The position numbers were made by a program, and so were the translations under genes. 64,000 bases of DNA, from NCBI GenBank assembly GCA_000165345.1, contig CM000434.1, forward strand, positions 1,152,001-1,216,000, given 5' to 3'. Position 1 is the first letter of the stretch, and every line of letters starts with the position of its first letter. The notes beneath the pieces were generated by a model that saw nothing but the letters and a program-made list of their open reading frames with translations, had not been told where the DNA came from and made no database searches. Positions 9,969-19,713 of the stretch are shown piece by piece.

Positions 9969-11174
9969 TTATATTGATTGATTAATCACTGGATACACTG
10001 GCTCAACCAATATACCACATGTTCCCTTCTTTCCAGAATGAAGAGCTAGTTTGATGTATCCTTTCTCTCCCCACGCTTCACCCCAGCTATTTCTTACTAG
10101 CCAATATTCTTTATTAGTATCTTCATCCATATCATATCCAACTAGAACAACTCCATGATTAACCTTGGTTCCACAAGGAGCATCGAATACTCCACTTTTA
10201 TAAAACTGGAAAGGGGTTTGATCGGCCTGAATTGCAACTGAAATTGGTCCATACTTAGCCAAAGCAGTCTTTAATGCATTAATATTTCTCGGAAATACAT
10301 ATTTGTAGGCTTTTACAGGAATCTCTATATAATTCTCGCAAAATGAATCCATACATGTTTTTTCCTCAGCAAAGTAAGGGTAATCATCATTAGTACATAA
10401 ATATTTGTTCTTAATTGCATACTGAAAAGCCAATCCCATTGTTCCTCCATCACATCCAAAGTTGCCATTTTGTTTACTGCAATCAACAAATTGCTGTTCA
10501 CTCAAGCTTGGTAATCCTCGGTTTGTTTGAGCACACGTTGCTCCCTCCAAAGCTGCAACAGCAGAGAAAGCCCAACATGACCCACAATTCTTTTGATTTC
10601 TTATTGGGTTCACGCATCCAGCTTCCACCCAATTAATAGAATTTGGGGGAACAAATTCCTCTTCTGATTCGCTTGCTGAGACTCTACTTGACTTAAATAC
10701 CCTTTCATCATCTTTGGAATCTTTTATATATCCTGTGAATCTTGCCATAAACTCTTCTTTCGACAAATCACCAAATTCATTCATTTCTAACACATAACTG
10801 AATCCTTGGCTATTTGTTGTTTTAATAAAGTTCATATTTTGCTTATAAATTTCAAATCTTTGATTTTCCTCCTCCATAGAGCTATATACTTTGTGGTATT
10901 TCTTTTTGAACTCCTCAAAACTCTTTCTATACTCCCTAGTTGCTGGATCAACATAATCACCAGGTACGAAATCGTCAATTTTGTCACTGGTGTTATTAGT
11001 AATATACAAAGATACAGTAACAACCAAAACTATAAAGATTGCAATCAACGTTGCAATTATTATGTTTTTCAACTTTTTATTCGGTTCCCTTTGTTGATTA
11101 GTGCCATTAATTAATGCAATGTATGGTCCAGAAATATATTCCTGATGTTCTTCCACGTTGTTTCCTATGTCCAT
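9969..11174 (-). CDS. Cathepsin L-like cysteine protease (papain family C1A), type II membrane-anchored, cryptopain-1-like
   Basis: QKNCGSCWAFS (catalytic Cys), NHGVVLVGYD (His), NSWGEAWGEKGYIKL (Asn). An ERFNIN-like prodomain is present (EENQRFEIYKQNMNFIKTTN). An N-terminal TM segment IIIATLIAIFIVLVVTVSLYI suggests a type II membrane anchor. ATG at 11174; 401 aa. Confidence 0.9.
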   Translation of the reverse strand: MDIGNNVEEHQEYISGPYIALINGTNQQREPNKKLKNIIIATLIAIFIVLVVTVSLYITNNTSDKIDDFVPGDYVDPATREYRKSFEEFKKKYHKVYSSMEEENQRFEIYKQNMNFIKTTNSQGFSYVLEMNEFGDLSKEEFMARFTGYIKDSKDDERVFKSSRVSASESEEEFVPPNSINWVEAGCVNPIRNQKNCGSCWAFSAVAALEGATCAQTNRGLPSLSEQQFVDCSKQNGNFGCDGGTMGLAFQYAIKNKYLCTNDDYPYFAEEKTCMDSFCENYIEIPVKAYKYVFPRNINALKTALAKYGPISVAIQADQTPFQFYKSGVFDAPCGTKVNHGVVLVGYDMDEDTNKEYWLVRNSWGEAWGEKGYIKLALHSGKKGTCGILVEPVYPVINQSI

Positions 11175-11507
11175 TTTACTTAATTACTTTTTAGTTCAAT
11201 TAACTTCAACATATAATCATCAAATTTTTTTGAATATCTTGTCATGTCATCTTATTATTATTCTTGAAAAACTATGACATGCCCACATAATTGCATGCAA
11301 ATAATTATTTACATTTTAGTCATACAAAATTGCATGCAAATGCCGGTATAGAGAAAATAATTCATTTATCCACATGAAAATAAAACAAACTTTCTATTAA
11401 TTAGTAATACATTGAGAAATTAGGAAGTTTTAAAAGTCATTAAAAAAAATAAAAAAATTTTCATCTTTTTTAAAATGAATTAAATTCTGAAAATAATTGC
11501 TAATTAG

Positions 11508-12848
11508 TTATGAACTATGGAAATGAGATGAATCATATTCTATATTAAAGGAACAAGTAGTTGACGAAGTATTACTTTTAATTTTATCAATTGTTTCTTT
11601 GGAATATGTCATTGAACTTAATTCGTAGTAATCTCTTTCTGGTTCCTCTTCCGTCTGTATTTCCTCTTCCTCCTGATTAATCTTCACTGATCCAAGTCTA
11701 TAGAGAATTAATCCTAGAATTAAAATAAGTATTCCAATTAAGTCTTCCACTTTCGGCTCAGTTGCTTCTTTCCCTACTAATCTTGGAGAAAAAAATACCA
11801 AAGTAGTAACTGGTAATCTTAGAGTTGAGACAATAAATCCTGTTGAAGCAGTCCCATGCTTCAATACTAATACACTGAAAACATTGCAAATTACATTTGC
11901 AATAAAATATATTAAGACAGGAAATTGTGCTGAATTACAGTTATCACATGGTCTTTGTAATTCTCCTCCACAGCTTTCAGTGATTGAGTTTCTCTTCAAA
12001 AAAAGGCAATTTGCTCCATCAAATAATAAAGAAGGAATTTGATTCATCTCTATTTTCTGAGGACCAAGAATAGACAAACTATTGATTGGTACCAATATAA
12101 ATCCTATGATCACTTGAGTGGCTGCAACGCAAAATTGTAGATAATTCTCATTTAATGACGAGTATTCTCTAAATGAGAGGTCTTTGTAAACTGAACTGGC
12201 TGAAGCTGGAATACATGCAATTACAAATAGAATATTGAATATCAACTGATTTGAATTTTCTGCTCCGCTACTTTTTCTTATCCCTAATATTAATGTCGAC
12301 TTTACTATAAATATGCCCATCACCATAACCGTTGCTCCAATATATTGTAACTTATGAAATCGATCCTTACATATCGATGAAAGCATAACCAGAGTTATTG
12401 GAGTGCACATTTGTCCAAGAACTACTTGCATCACTCCTGATGTGTGAGTGCTTGCAAGTAGAGTTAAGATACTGCTAAATGCGTCAAAAAATCCCATCAT
12501 CCAAAATTTTGACATTGGAAACTCTAAATTATCTCTTGAAAGCTCACCTCTAAAGTATGAAATCAGTAATACCAATCCAAATAATGGGATATATAAAGCA
12601 GAAGTTAATTGTGTTAAAAACCAAACATGGTTTGGCATTGCTGAAGTCATTTTCTTGAAAAATACTGAGTTAAATACAGAAGAAATTAAGAGGCTCATCA
12701 TGCAAACTATCAGAAAAAAGTTCTCTTTGCATGGTTTAATAACTCCTTCGTTAAGTGCACTCATTCCATTTTTTATTAATGTTATTATTTGAATTTGCTC
12801 ATTTTCGCTTTCACTCCCTAACAATAACTCTCTTCCTGAGCCATTCAT
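11508..12848 (-). CDS. CRT: Chloroquine-resistance-transporter-like (CRT/CLT) drug/metabolite transporter
   Basis: Multi-TM protein. FFDAFSSILTLLASTHTSGVMQVVLGQMCTPITLVMLS and FLKRNSITESCGGELQRPCDNCNS align, from memory, with PfCRT [31 protein letters not shown] and [24 protein letters not shown]. ATG at 12848. Confidence 0.8.
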   Translation of the reverse strand: MNGSGRELLLGSESENEQIQIITLIKNGMSALNEGVIKPCKENFFLIVCMMSLLISSVFNSVFFKKMTSAMPNHVWFLTQLTSALYIPLFGLVLLISYFRGELSRDNLEFPMSKFWMMGFFDAFSSILTLLASTHTSGVMQVVLGQMCTPITLVMLSSICKDRFHKLQYIGATVMVMGIFIVKSTLILGIRKSSGAENSNQLIFNILFVIACIPASASSVYKDLSFREYSSLNENYLQFCVAATQVIIGFILVPINSLSILGPQKIEMNQIPSLLFDGANCLFLKRNSITESCGGELQRPCDNCNSAQFPVLIYFIANVICNVFSVLVLKHGTASTGFIVSTLRLPVTTLVFFSPRLVGKEATEPKVEDLIGILILILGLILYRLGSVKINQEEEEIQTEEEPERDYYELSSMTYSKETIDKIKSNTSSTTCSFNIEYDSSHFHSS

Positions 12849-13020
12849 ATTAGTATGAACTGATTAACCTTCCAACAAAAGTAATCTCTTTAATTTTCTG
12901 AATATATCTCAACTTATTAAAACCAGTAATCTATACATGAAAAAAAGAAATGTATTGACAAAAGTTATTTAGCTTTTAATTTATATGTTTCTAGGCATCC
13001 CAACTAAAAATTCTAATTTG

Positions 13021-13062
13021 AATTCCTGCATGCAACGGTGATTAGGTTTGCATGCAGGAATT
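13021..13062. promoter_or_regulatory. Perfect 15-bp inverted repeat AATTCCTGCATGCAA n12 TTGCATGCAGGAATT, an extended TGCATGCA palindrome, upstream of the CRT-like gene
   Basis: Each arm embeds TGCATGCA. It lies about 175 to 215 bp upstream of the CRT ATG (12848). Confidence 0.5.
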
Positions 13063-13601
13063 ATATTTTTTATCTTTTTGAAAGCAAATTCTAAAAAAAA
13101 ATATACTAAGTTCTGATTTCCTTATCAAATCCTAAATTTCCATTATTTCCGCTTTTCTTAATTTTTCCTCCAATCAAATACACACTGAATACTATCTTTT
13201 ATTAATTGTATGTATACCAAATCCAATAAACATCCATTCTAATTCCCAACTTCCCCACCTTTAGTAGTTCTGTCTTTATTATTACGAAATACATTGCATG
13301 CAATTTATAAATAATTAGGCGGGAAATTTGAGCCATATTCATCAGTTACGAATATTGAAAATAAAAACTCAAAAATTAAAGGTATATAATCTCATAGAAG
13401 CTTCTACTTTAAATATGTATAGTTTGTGAAATTGGCTAAGAAAAAGTATCTGTCTAAAGCCATTTGTATCAAGCCAAATTGTCTAGTTCAGAACAATAAG
13501 GAGCTCAATATTTATATTATTTGAGCCAACAAAGGACAATCAATAGCCGTCTTTTCCCATAAACCCAATGGTGGAAGCGAATTAAAAGACATGCTCAAAA
13601 T

Positions 13602-13937
13602 TTAAGCATCACATCTTATTCTAAATGAGTTAAATGCGTGTTCTTCCACAGTACGACGATTGGAGACTACGCACTTTTCAATTGTGGAACCGGGACTACC
13701 TTCCCTTTCCAAAAAATCAATCCTAAAGACAAGCATTAAATAATACTAGTGTTTGTGTAATTAAACATACATTTTGATAACAGAATCTTCGTCTCCCTCC
13801 AACTCGCCAATAACCGTACCAGAAGGGGTATTTTTGCACCATCCAAAGACGTTAAGTTCATTAGCCTTAAGAAAAGTGTATTTCCTAAAAGAAACACCCT
13901 GGACTTTACCAAAGACTTCGAACTCACACTTTAACAT
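13602..13937 (-). CDS. Acylphosphatase, two exons: 13771..13937 and 13602..13722, with an intron at 13723..13770
   Basis: Exon 1 carries both acylphosphatase signatures: FEVFGKVQGVSFRKYT and GWCKNTPSGTVIGELEG. The track ORF 13761..13973 starts at TTG and stops three codons after a GTATGT donor. Splicing GTATGT...TTTAG (48 nt, phase 2) restores the conserved C-terminus MIDFLEREGSPGSTIEKCVV... (compare human ACYP1 MQEWLETRGSPKSHIDKANF), giving about 95 aa. Confidence 0.7.
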
Positions 13938-13989
13938 TCTTAAAACGTCTAAGCTATGTACAATTGAACACAATCTATTCTTATTATTA

Positions 13990-14009
13990 TTTTTTTTTTT
14001 TTTTTTTTT
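13990..14009. repeat. T20 homopolymer in the acylphosphatase/CCCH divergent spacer
   Basis: Seen directly. Confidence 0.8.
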
Positions 14010-14659
14010 ACTATTAAAGATTATTTATTCACATTGTGCCTTTAATAAATCTGTTTGGCGCCAACAGCCAGCATATTTTCGAATAATCAAAGAGCGATAT
14101 CTTTTGAAAAAAAATTTATTTTCACACCAAAATGGTAAATTGCCTCGTTTAAAAATATACACAAATTAATACGTATTATTCGATATCCAACAATAGACAA
14201 ACACTGATATGTTCCTCAAAATCACAAGAAATAATACGTCATATAAGTTTCCCGCGTCTCTCCAATCTTGGATATGTATAATTAGACTATAATGGACGAT
14301 ACAGGATAACTATGGACCCAGTATAACTGCCTAGGTCGCACTATACGTGTTATTATCTGACATTTTAATGAGACATAACATTAAATCGTCGGTCGAAAAA
14401 TAATCCTGTTGGGTAACCATCAGGTTACAAAAGGTCGATTTAAATTTTTCCGAGGAATTTGAGACGAGGAGTAAGAGTTCACTACTTAACGCTTAAATAT
14501 AACAGCTACAAGTGTAATATTATGTTCTTTGACCAAAGACTTTCTTCAGAGAAACGGAATATATATATTTTCAACAATTGAGCTTCAACAACTGAATATC
14601 TAAGTTTATTGTTTTAATATATTAAATAGTATTGTTAATATTTATAAAGAGTTGAAAAA

Positions 14660-16423
14660 ATGCCTTTGAGCCAGAATATGAGTATGACTGAACTTTCACG
14701 TTTCAGGACAAGAATATGTGAGAGAAAGGCTTTACATGGAGTATGCGAGCTTGACGAGAGGTGTCCTTTTTCACATTGTCTTTCCTGGCATCGTAGAAAT
14801 CCTTACGAATATGCGTATAGACCGAACTTATGTCCTAATGTAGTTTTCCAGAATGAGAATAAGAAGATGCGTGTTAAGAACTATTGCCAAAGAGGCAGAA
14901 TGTGTATGTTTTCTCATACAAAAGAGGAGCAAATGTATCATGTTTTAGTATATAAGACTCAATTATGTCGCGAATATCCGTTATGTACAAAACATTATTG
15001 TCCATTTGCTCATGGCTTAGATGAATTAAGAAATCCAGAAACTATAGAATTTGACCCAGTACAAGGACCAGAAGTAATTGAACGTCAAAGACTTGTTCAT
15101 GATTGTAATAAATTCAATGAAATTGATTTATCCGAAGATTTGAATGACTCCATAATTATAAGGAATAAGGAGGCTATAATAAGTAACGTTACAACTTCCC
15201 CAATATCTCCATCAAATTCTCCTTTACATTCAAATATGACCGCTTCAAGCCTAGCACCTGTAATGGATCAAACAAAGAGTCAAAATAGTAAATATTCTTT
15301 AAGGAATAAATCTCAAACATCTGCATCAAGTACAAATAACTCACCTAAAAAGGGTGGTAGGGGAAGTAGTTTTAATCACAATAAGGCAAATTCTAATAAT
15401 CAAAATAGACAATTTACAAATCATGAATTATTAAAGGGAGAGTTAACTCCTATAAACAATACAAATGAGTCTCCTGTTACACCATCAACAGGGTGTGAGA
15501 CCCCTCTACATTCTCAAAATCACATTGCTTCAACAGGATTTAAGAATGATGCTCGTAAAACTGTAAATAGAGATTTTCAGAGAAAGGAAGTCGATAGAGC
15601 TAGAGGTGCTTCTCCGAATACAAGAAGTGCGTTTCCTAAAGTTATAGATGGAGACGAAGTTGCTCATGCTAGAGATAATGTGAATATTCCTCCACCTCCT
15701 TATAATGCAATAGGCTTAAATTTTCCATGTAATGAAGGATTAAATGACAATACAGATCCTTCGTCACTATTACCAAACTATGATTTTGGAAGATTTGCAT
15801 GGAATGGCTACTTTGATAGAAATAAGAATTTATTAAATAATAGACTAATCGACTATGAAAAGAATAAAATGGTTCAAGAGCCATTATGTAGTATTGATGA
15901 TTATGGAAATGGGGCAAGTGTCGAACAAATGTCTTATTTAATGCACTTACAATTGCTTTCATTATCAGACTCTCCAGAAAAGTTATTAGAGACAATGAAT
16001 AACAATGATTCAGATTGGAGTTTATCGAATCCTGCTTTTGGAATTACAGGGATTTACAATACTCAACAAAATAGAGATTCAAGTGCATGCAATAGTCCAT
16101 GTAACTTTTCTACAGAATTAAATTCAAATCCTATTCCTTCTACATCTCACCAAGATGCAATAAGATGTCAGAATGAAGTCAAAGTTACTCCTAATTCTCA
16201 ACTTTTCTTATCAAACAACTATTTTGATGATTATAGGTTTGATTTTATTAATGACAATGTTCCTAATCATGACAAGATGGGACTAAGGGACATTAATAAT
16301 TTGTACAATAGATCAGATATTAACTTAAAGATCGATTGTACAGATAATTCATGGAATCTGTTTCATCCAAGCTTACTTGGTTCAAGTACCAGAGATGGAG
16401 ATTTTTGGACGGAAGGGAAATGA
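14660..16423 (+). CDS. CCCH-type zinc finger protein with three C3H fingers and a long S/N-rich tail
   Basis: C-x8-C-x5-C-x3-H (CERKALHGVCELDERCPFSH); C-x17-C-x5-C-x3-H; C-x5-C-x4-C-x3-H (CREYPLCTKHYCPFAH). The last spacing resembles the plant TZF-type finger. ATG at 14660. Confidence 0.75.
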   Translation: MPLSQNMSMTELSRFRTRICERKALHGVCELDERCPFSHCLSWHRRNPYEYAYRPNLCPNVVFQNENKKMRVKNYCQRGRMCMFSHTKEEQMYHVLVYKTQLCREYPLCTKHYCPFAHGLDELRNPETIEFDPVQGPEVIERQRLVHDCNKFNEIDLSEDLNDSIIIRNKEAIISNVTTSPISPSNSPLHSNMTASSLAPVMDQTKSQNSKYSLRNKSQTSASSTNNSPKKGGRGSSFNHNKANSNNQNRQFTNHELLKGELTPINNTNESPVTPSTGCETPLHSQNHIASTGFKNDARKTVNRDFQRKEVDRARGASPNTRSAFPKVIDGDEVAHARDNVNIPPPPYNAIGLNFPCNEGLNDNTDPSSLLPNYDFGRFAWNGYFDRNKNLLNNRLIDYEKNKMVQEPLCSIDDYGNGASVEQMSYLMHLQLLSLSDSPEKLLETMNNNDSDWSLSNPAFGITGIYNTQQNRDSSACNSPCNFSTELNSNPIPSTSHQDAIRCQNEVKVTPNSQLFLSNNYFDDYRFDFINDNVPNHDKMGLRDINNLYNRSDINLKIDCTDNSWNLFHPSLLGSSTRDGDFWTEGK

Positions 16424-17245
16424 AAGGATATTACAGCTAATTATTAATTTATTAAAAATTTAAATTTCATGCTTACAGCTTTATTCTTATTGGTTTTCTC
16501 CTTAGTACTTTCTCGGCTAATTAATCAATTATGGTCGAGATAATTCATGCTTAACGTTCTTTTGTTTGTGATTTTTAAATAAAGGAATCAGCTAAACAAT
16601 TTTATTCTTTAATTGGGCCTAGATTACTTATTGTTTTTTTTCTTAGTGATGAAGTTTTGTATTAATTAATTTTTATCTTTACGATTTGCATGCATTTCTT
16701 TTTTTATTATTGACTACATGCGCAATACTCACATGCAAATTTAGTACCGGTGTTTTGATTACGTGTAATAATTTTATGTGGACAACATTTTATTCTGTAT
16801 GTTTGTATTTTTAATTCTTGTGTCTGTAGTTTGATTAAAATTAATCTCGGAAATGTAAGAAAGAAGAAGAGATTATGGCAATTTAAAAGTTATTTTTGCG
16901 ATAGATGTGGAAACTAAGACGATGTTAGTTTTTGAGAAGTAGGAGAGTCAGTTTTTATTTCATTTATTGATTTTATTTCAAGGTTTACAAGTCAAAGAGG
17001 TTAAGGTAAAATTCAAATGACGGGATTACAGCAAAATATTGCAAAGTAGCAATATTAGACCTAAATGTTTTTTGTATTGTAAATCAACCAGAATTTTTAG
17101 CATAAATAATACAAAGGTCAATTTATTAAACACCCAAAATTGGTGTTTTGTTAAGTGTGCAAAGGGTGACCGCAAAATGTCAAAAAATCAAAAATATTGC
17201 AACTAAAGGAAAAATCACTAAATACAACATAAATGTTGAGATAAT

Positions 17246-18967
17246 ATGAAAAGTAATGAAATTTTTGAAAGAATCAAAAAGAGCTTTAAGACAAGGGTGG
17301 AGGACTTTAAGCAAGGCAGACAGAGTTGGAGATTGAAGGAATGGCATCATCTACAATCAATACTGTATTTAATCTATGGAGCAGGAGCGCTCGTTTTTGT
17401 GAGATTGATAGCTAATTCAAACCCAGATAACAACAACTATGATCATTTTGTGAATGATCCAAATGATCCAGGGAGTTCATTCACCCATTGTGGGATTACT
17501 CCAATGTTTAATATGATACCAATTCCGGGATCTTACATATTATTAATATACTCAGTTTATTCTTTATCAATAATAAGCTTGACAATTTCATTCTTATCAT
17601 TTATATTGGGATTCAGTTTCAAATTTTTCAGCAGAATTCCTAGAAGCTACTTTTTCTCTCCATCAAAAAGAACAAGAGTATTGGGTTTTTGCTGCAAGAT
17701 ATTACCAATAATTATCAGAATTTTGAATTTGTTTTTTATTCTACTTTTGGTCATCCCATTTATATATATCACAACCAGTGGAGCTTGTTACAGGAGATTA
17801 GTTAGATTTGAAAGAAATAAAGTACAAAATTGCAGGATATGGGTTAATAAATGTGCAAAAGACCACCGAATTTTTGGAAGGCATTTAGAATGCAGTTTAA
17901 GAAAAAACTTTAAACACTTTCCAACGGAAATTGTTGAAGATCCCACAATTGGCGAAAATCTCGACATTATTATTGGAGGTCCAATGCCTCTGTTATGTCC
18001 TATGTGCAATGAAGTGAGAATGGACCCAAAATCACCTTTATATAAAGGAGAAGCTTATGTTGAGCAACTTAAGTCATCTATCTCTAAAATGGAAGCAATT
18101 AATATTAAAGACAGGTCATTATATCAGGTAGAAGCATTATCGCTTATTCAATTAAGTAATCATATTTCCACAAGATCCGAGAATATTCCTAATATTTATA
18201 CAATCCAAGATTACGAAGAGATGATAAAGCCTATTATGTTTAATAATATTTCACCATTAATGCAAAAGATCATTAGTAATCGCCAGAATTTATATGGCTA
18301 TTTTAAACTTTTGCCATTTTCACTTATCCAACTCGAATCTAATGTGAAAGGCAAGACCAATGAAAAAGAAAAAAATGATGATTTGGTTTCTCTAGAAGAG
18401 CCTATTAGTATTGATTTTAATTCTGAATATATTAAAAATTATGATAATTATAGACCCTCCATACAACTACCTTCAAAAGTTAGTATTCCATCCAAATTTA
18501 AGTCAATTGTTGAAAAATATGCTGCAGCTCTTTCATCACAGGTAAATGGTGATACTTTATTTAGTGAAGAAGTTACTCAAAAAAAAGATACTTTTCCAAA
18601 CAAAAATCCTAAAAAGAATCAACATAAAGAGGTTGACAAAGCAACTCTAAATAATTCATATAAAAGCACATTTTATTTTAGTGGCGACTCTAACCCCACT
18701 CCACTAACTATAGATCAAAGTATCGATTTAAACAGAGAATTTGAAGCTGCAAGATATCAAATACAAGTTTCCATGCACGAAGGAAGCAACTTTTCAAGAT
18801 CAATCTTTGTATTTATGCTCATCTCTCTCATTTTTTGGGCATTGACACGCTTCTTTTCTTTTGCTATCTTTGATACTACCAGAAATGAGGCCTGCTTTTA
18901 TGTTCCTAATTCAAAAAGAACGCTCATTTGGTCCAAGCTAAGAACTTTCTTGGACATACTAAGCTAA
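17246..18967 (+). CDS. Hypothetical multi-pass membrane protein
   Basis: 573-aa ORF with an ATG at 17246. Several hydrophobic helices sit in the N-terminal half and at the C-terminus. No recognisable domain. Confidence 0.55.
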   Translation: MKSNEIFERIKKSFKTRVEDFKQGRQSWRLKEWHHLQSILYLIYGAGALVFVRLIANSNPDNNNYDHFVNDPNDPGSSFTHCGITPMFNMIPIPGSYILLIYSVYSLSIISLTISFLSFILGFSFKFFSRIPRSYFFSPSKRTRVLGFCCKILPIIIRILNLFFILLLVIPFIYITTSGACYRRLVRFERNKVQNCRIWVNKCAKDHRIFGRHLECSLRKNFKHFPTEIVEDPTIGENLDIIIGGPMPLLCPMCNEVRMDPKSPLYKGEAYVEQLKSSISKMEAINIKDRSLYQVEALSLIQLSNHISTRSENIPNIYTIQDYEEMIKPIMFNNISPLMQKIISNRQNLYGYFKLLPFSLIQLESNVKGKTNEKEKNDDLVSLEEPISIDFNSEYIKNYDNYRPSIQLPSKVSIPSKFKSIVEKYAAALSSQVNGDTLFSEEVTQKKDTFPNKNPKKNQHKEVDKATLNNSYKSTFYFSGDSNPTPLTIDQSIDLNREFEAARYQIQVSMHEGSNFSRSIFVFMLISLIFWALTRFFSFAIFDTTRNEACFYVPNSKRTLIWSKLRTFLDILS

Positions 18968-19010
18968 ACTATTAAATTATAATCTTCTTTGTCCCGGGTT
19001 CCTGTGACGA

Positions 19011-19092
19011 GTCGATCTGCCCGAGTGGTTAAGGGGCTTGACTAGAAATCAAGTGCGGTCTCCGCGCACAGGTTCGAATCCTGTGGTCGACG
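19011..19092 (+). tRNA. tRNA-Ser (anticodon AGA), class II with a long variable arm
   Basis: Acceptor stem GTCGATC/GGTCGAC, D-arm CCCGAGTGGTTAAGGG, anticodon stem CTTGA/TCAAG with loop CTAGAAA (anticodon AGA). The variable arm is GTGCGGTCTCCGCGCAC and the T-arm is GGTTCGAATCC. A Pol III T-run (GTTTTTTAGGTTTTT) follows at 19093. Confidence 0.85.
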
Positions 19093-19419
19093 GTTTTTTA
19101 GGTTTTTAAAGTAATATATTTTAATTAACAATCTCATTTTTTACCATTATATTTGGTCCATCCTTTTAAAAAAAGAATGGAAAGAAGTAGCTAACTAATT
19201 AATCAAATTTTATTTTTATATTTTATCTCTTTCATAGTTACCTAAGTCTAACCCTGAAAAATAACTATCATGTAATATTTTATTTTTTAGAAAATAAAAA
19301 ATCGGCGCCAACTAGTTTTTTTTTTACACACAAATTGTAATAAATACCTATTGATACCTTTAGAGTTTAAATAAAACTTGTGAATTGACTAAAGTGATTG
19401 CTTAAAGAATAAAAGAAAT

Positions 19420-19713
19420 ATGAAGACAAATTTGAGTTATAGATATTATTTAAGGAATAATATCTCCCGAATTTACTACTTTTACATACTATTATCAATG
19501 TTACACAAAGTAATGGCTCAGAGTGAAAAAAGAAAGTTGGCATTAGATCCTGATACATATACATCAAAAACTGTGTCTGAATATTTTTTGTCAAATCCTG
19601 TTACATTCTTTATAATGATTTGGATGTGTGTTCACGTTTTCCTGGGGATTCTATTCTTTTGCTTCCTATCTAGTGAACGATCTCTAATGAAGCCTACTTC
19701 CGTAACTTTATAA
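19420..19713 (+). CDS. Possible small membrane protein (start could instead be 19498 or 19513)
   Basis: 97-aa ORF with ATG at 19420 lying downstream of a GGCGCCAA box (19303..19310). The C-terminal half has hydrophobic helices (VTFFIMIWMCVHVFLGILFFCFL). No homology recognised, so it may be spurious. Confidence 0.25.
   Translation: MKTNLSYRYYLRNNISRIYYFYILLSMLHKVMAQSEKRKLALDPDTYTSKTVSEYFLSNPVTFFIMIWMCVHVFLGILFFCFLSSERSLMKPTSVTL

Noticed and set aside
13774-14169. 131-aa plus-strand ORF antisense to the acylphosphatase gene
   Set aside because: It overlaps a minus-strand gene that has clear family signatures. It runs through the T20 tract (giving an FFFFFF stretch). No motifs. Likely a chance antisense frame.
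18991-19010. GC-rich 20-mer (GTCCCGGGTTCCTGTGACGA) immediately 5' of the tRNA-Ser
   Set aside because: I considered a second tRNA or a 5' leader structure. It does not fold into a cloverleaf, and the tRNA A and B boxes are internal. It is most likely just the 5' flank.
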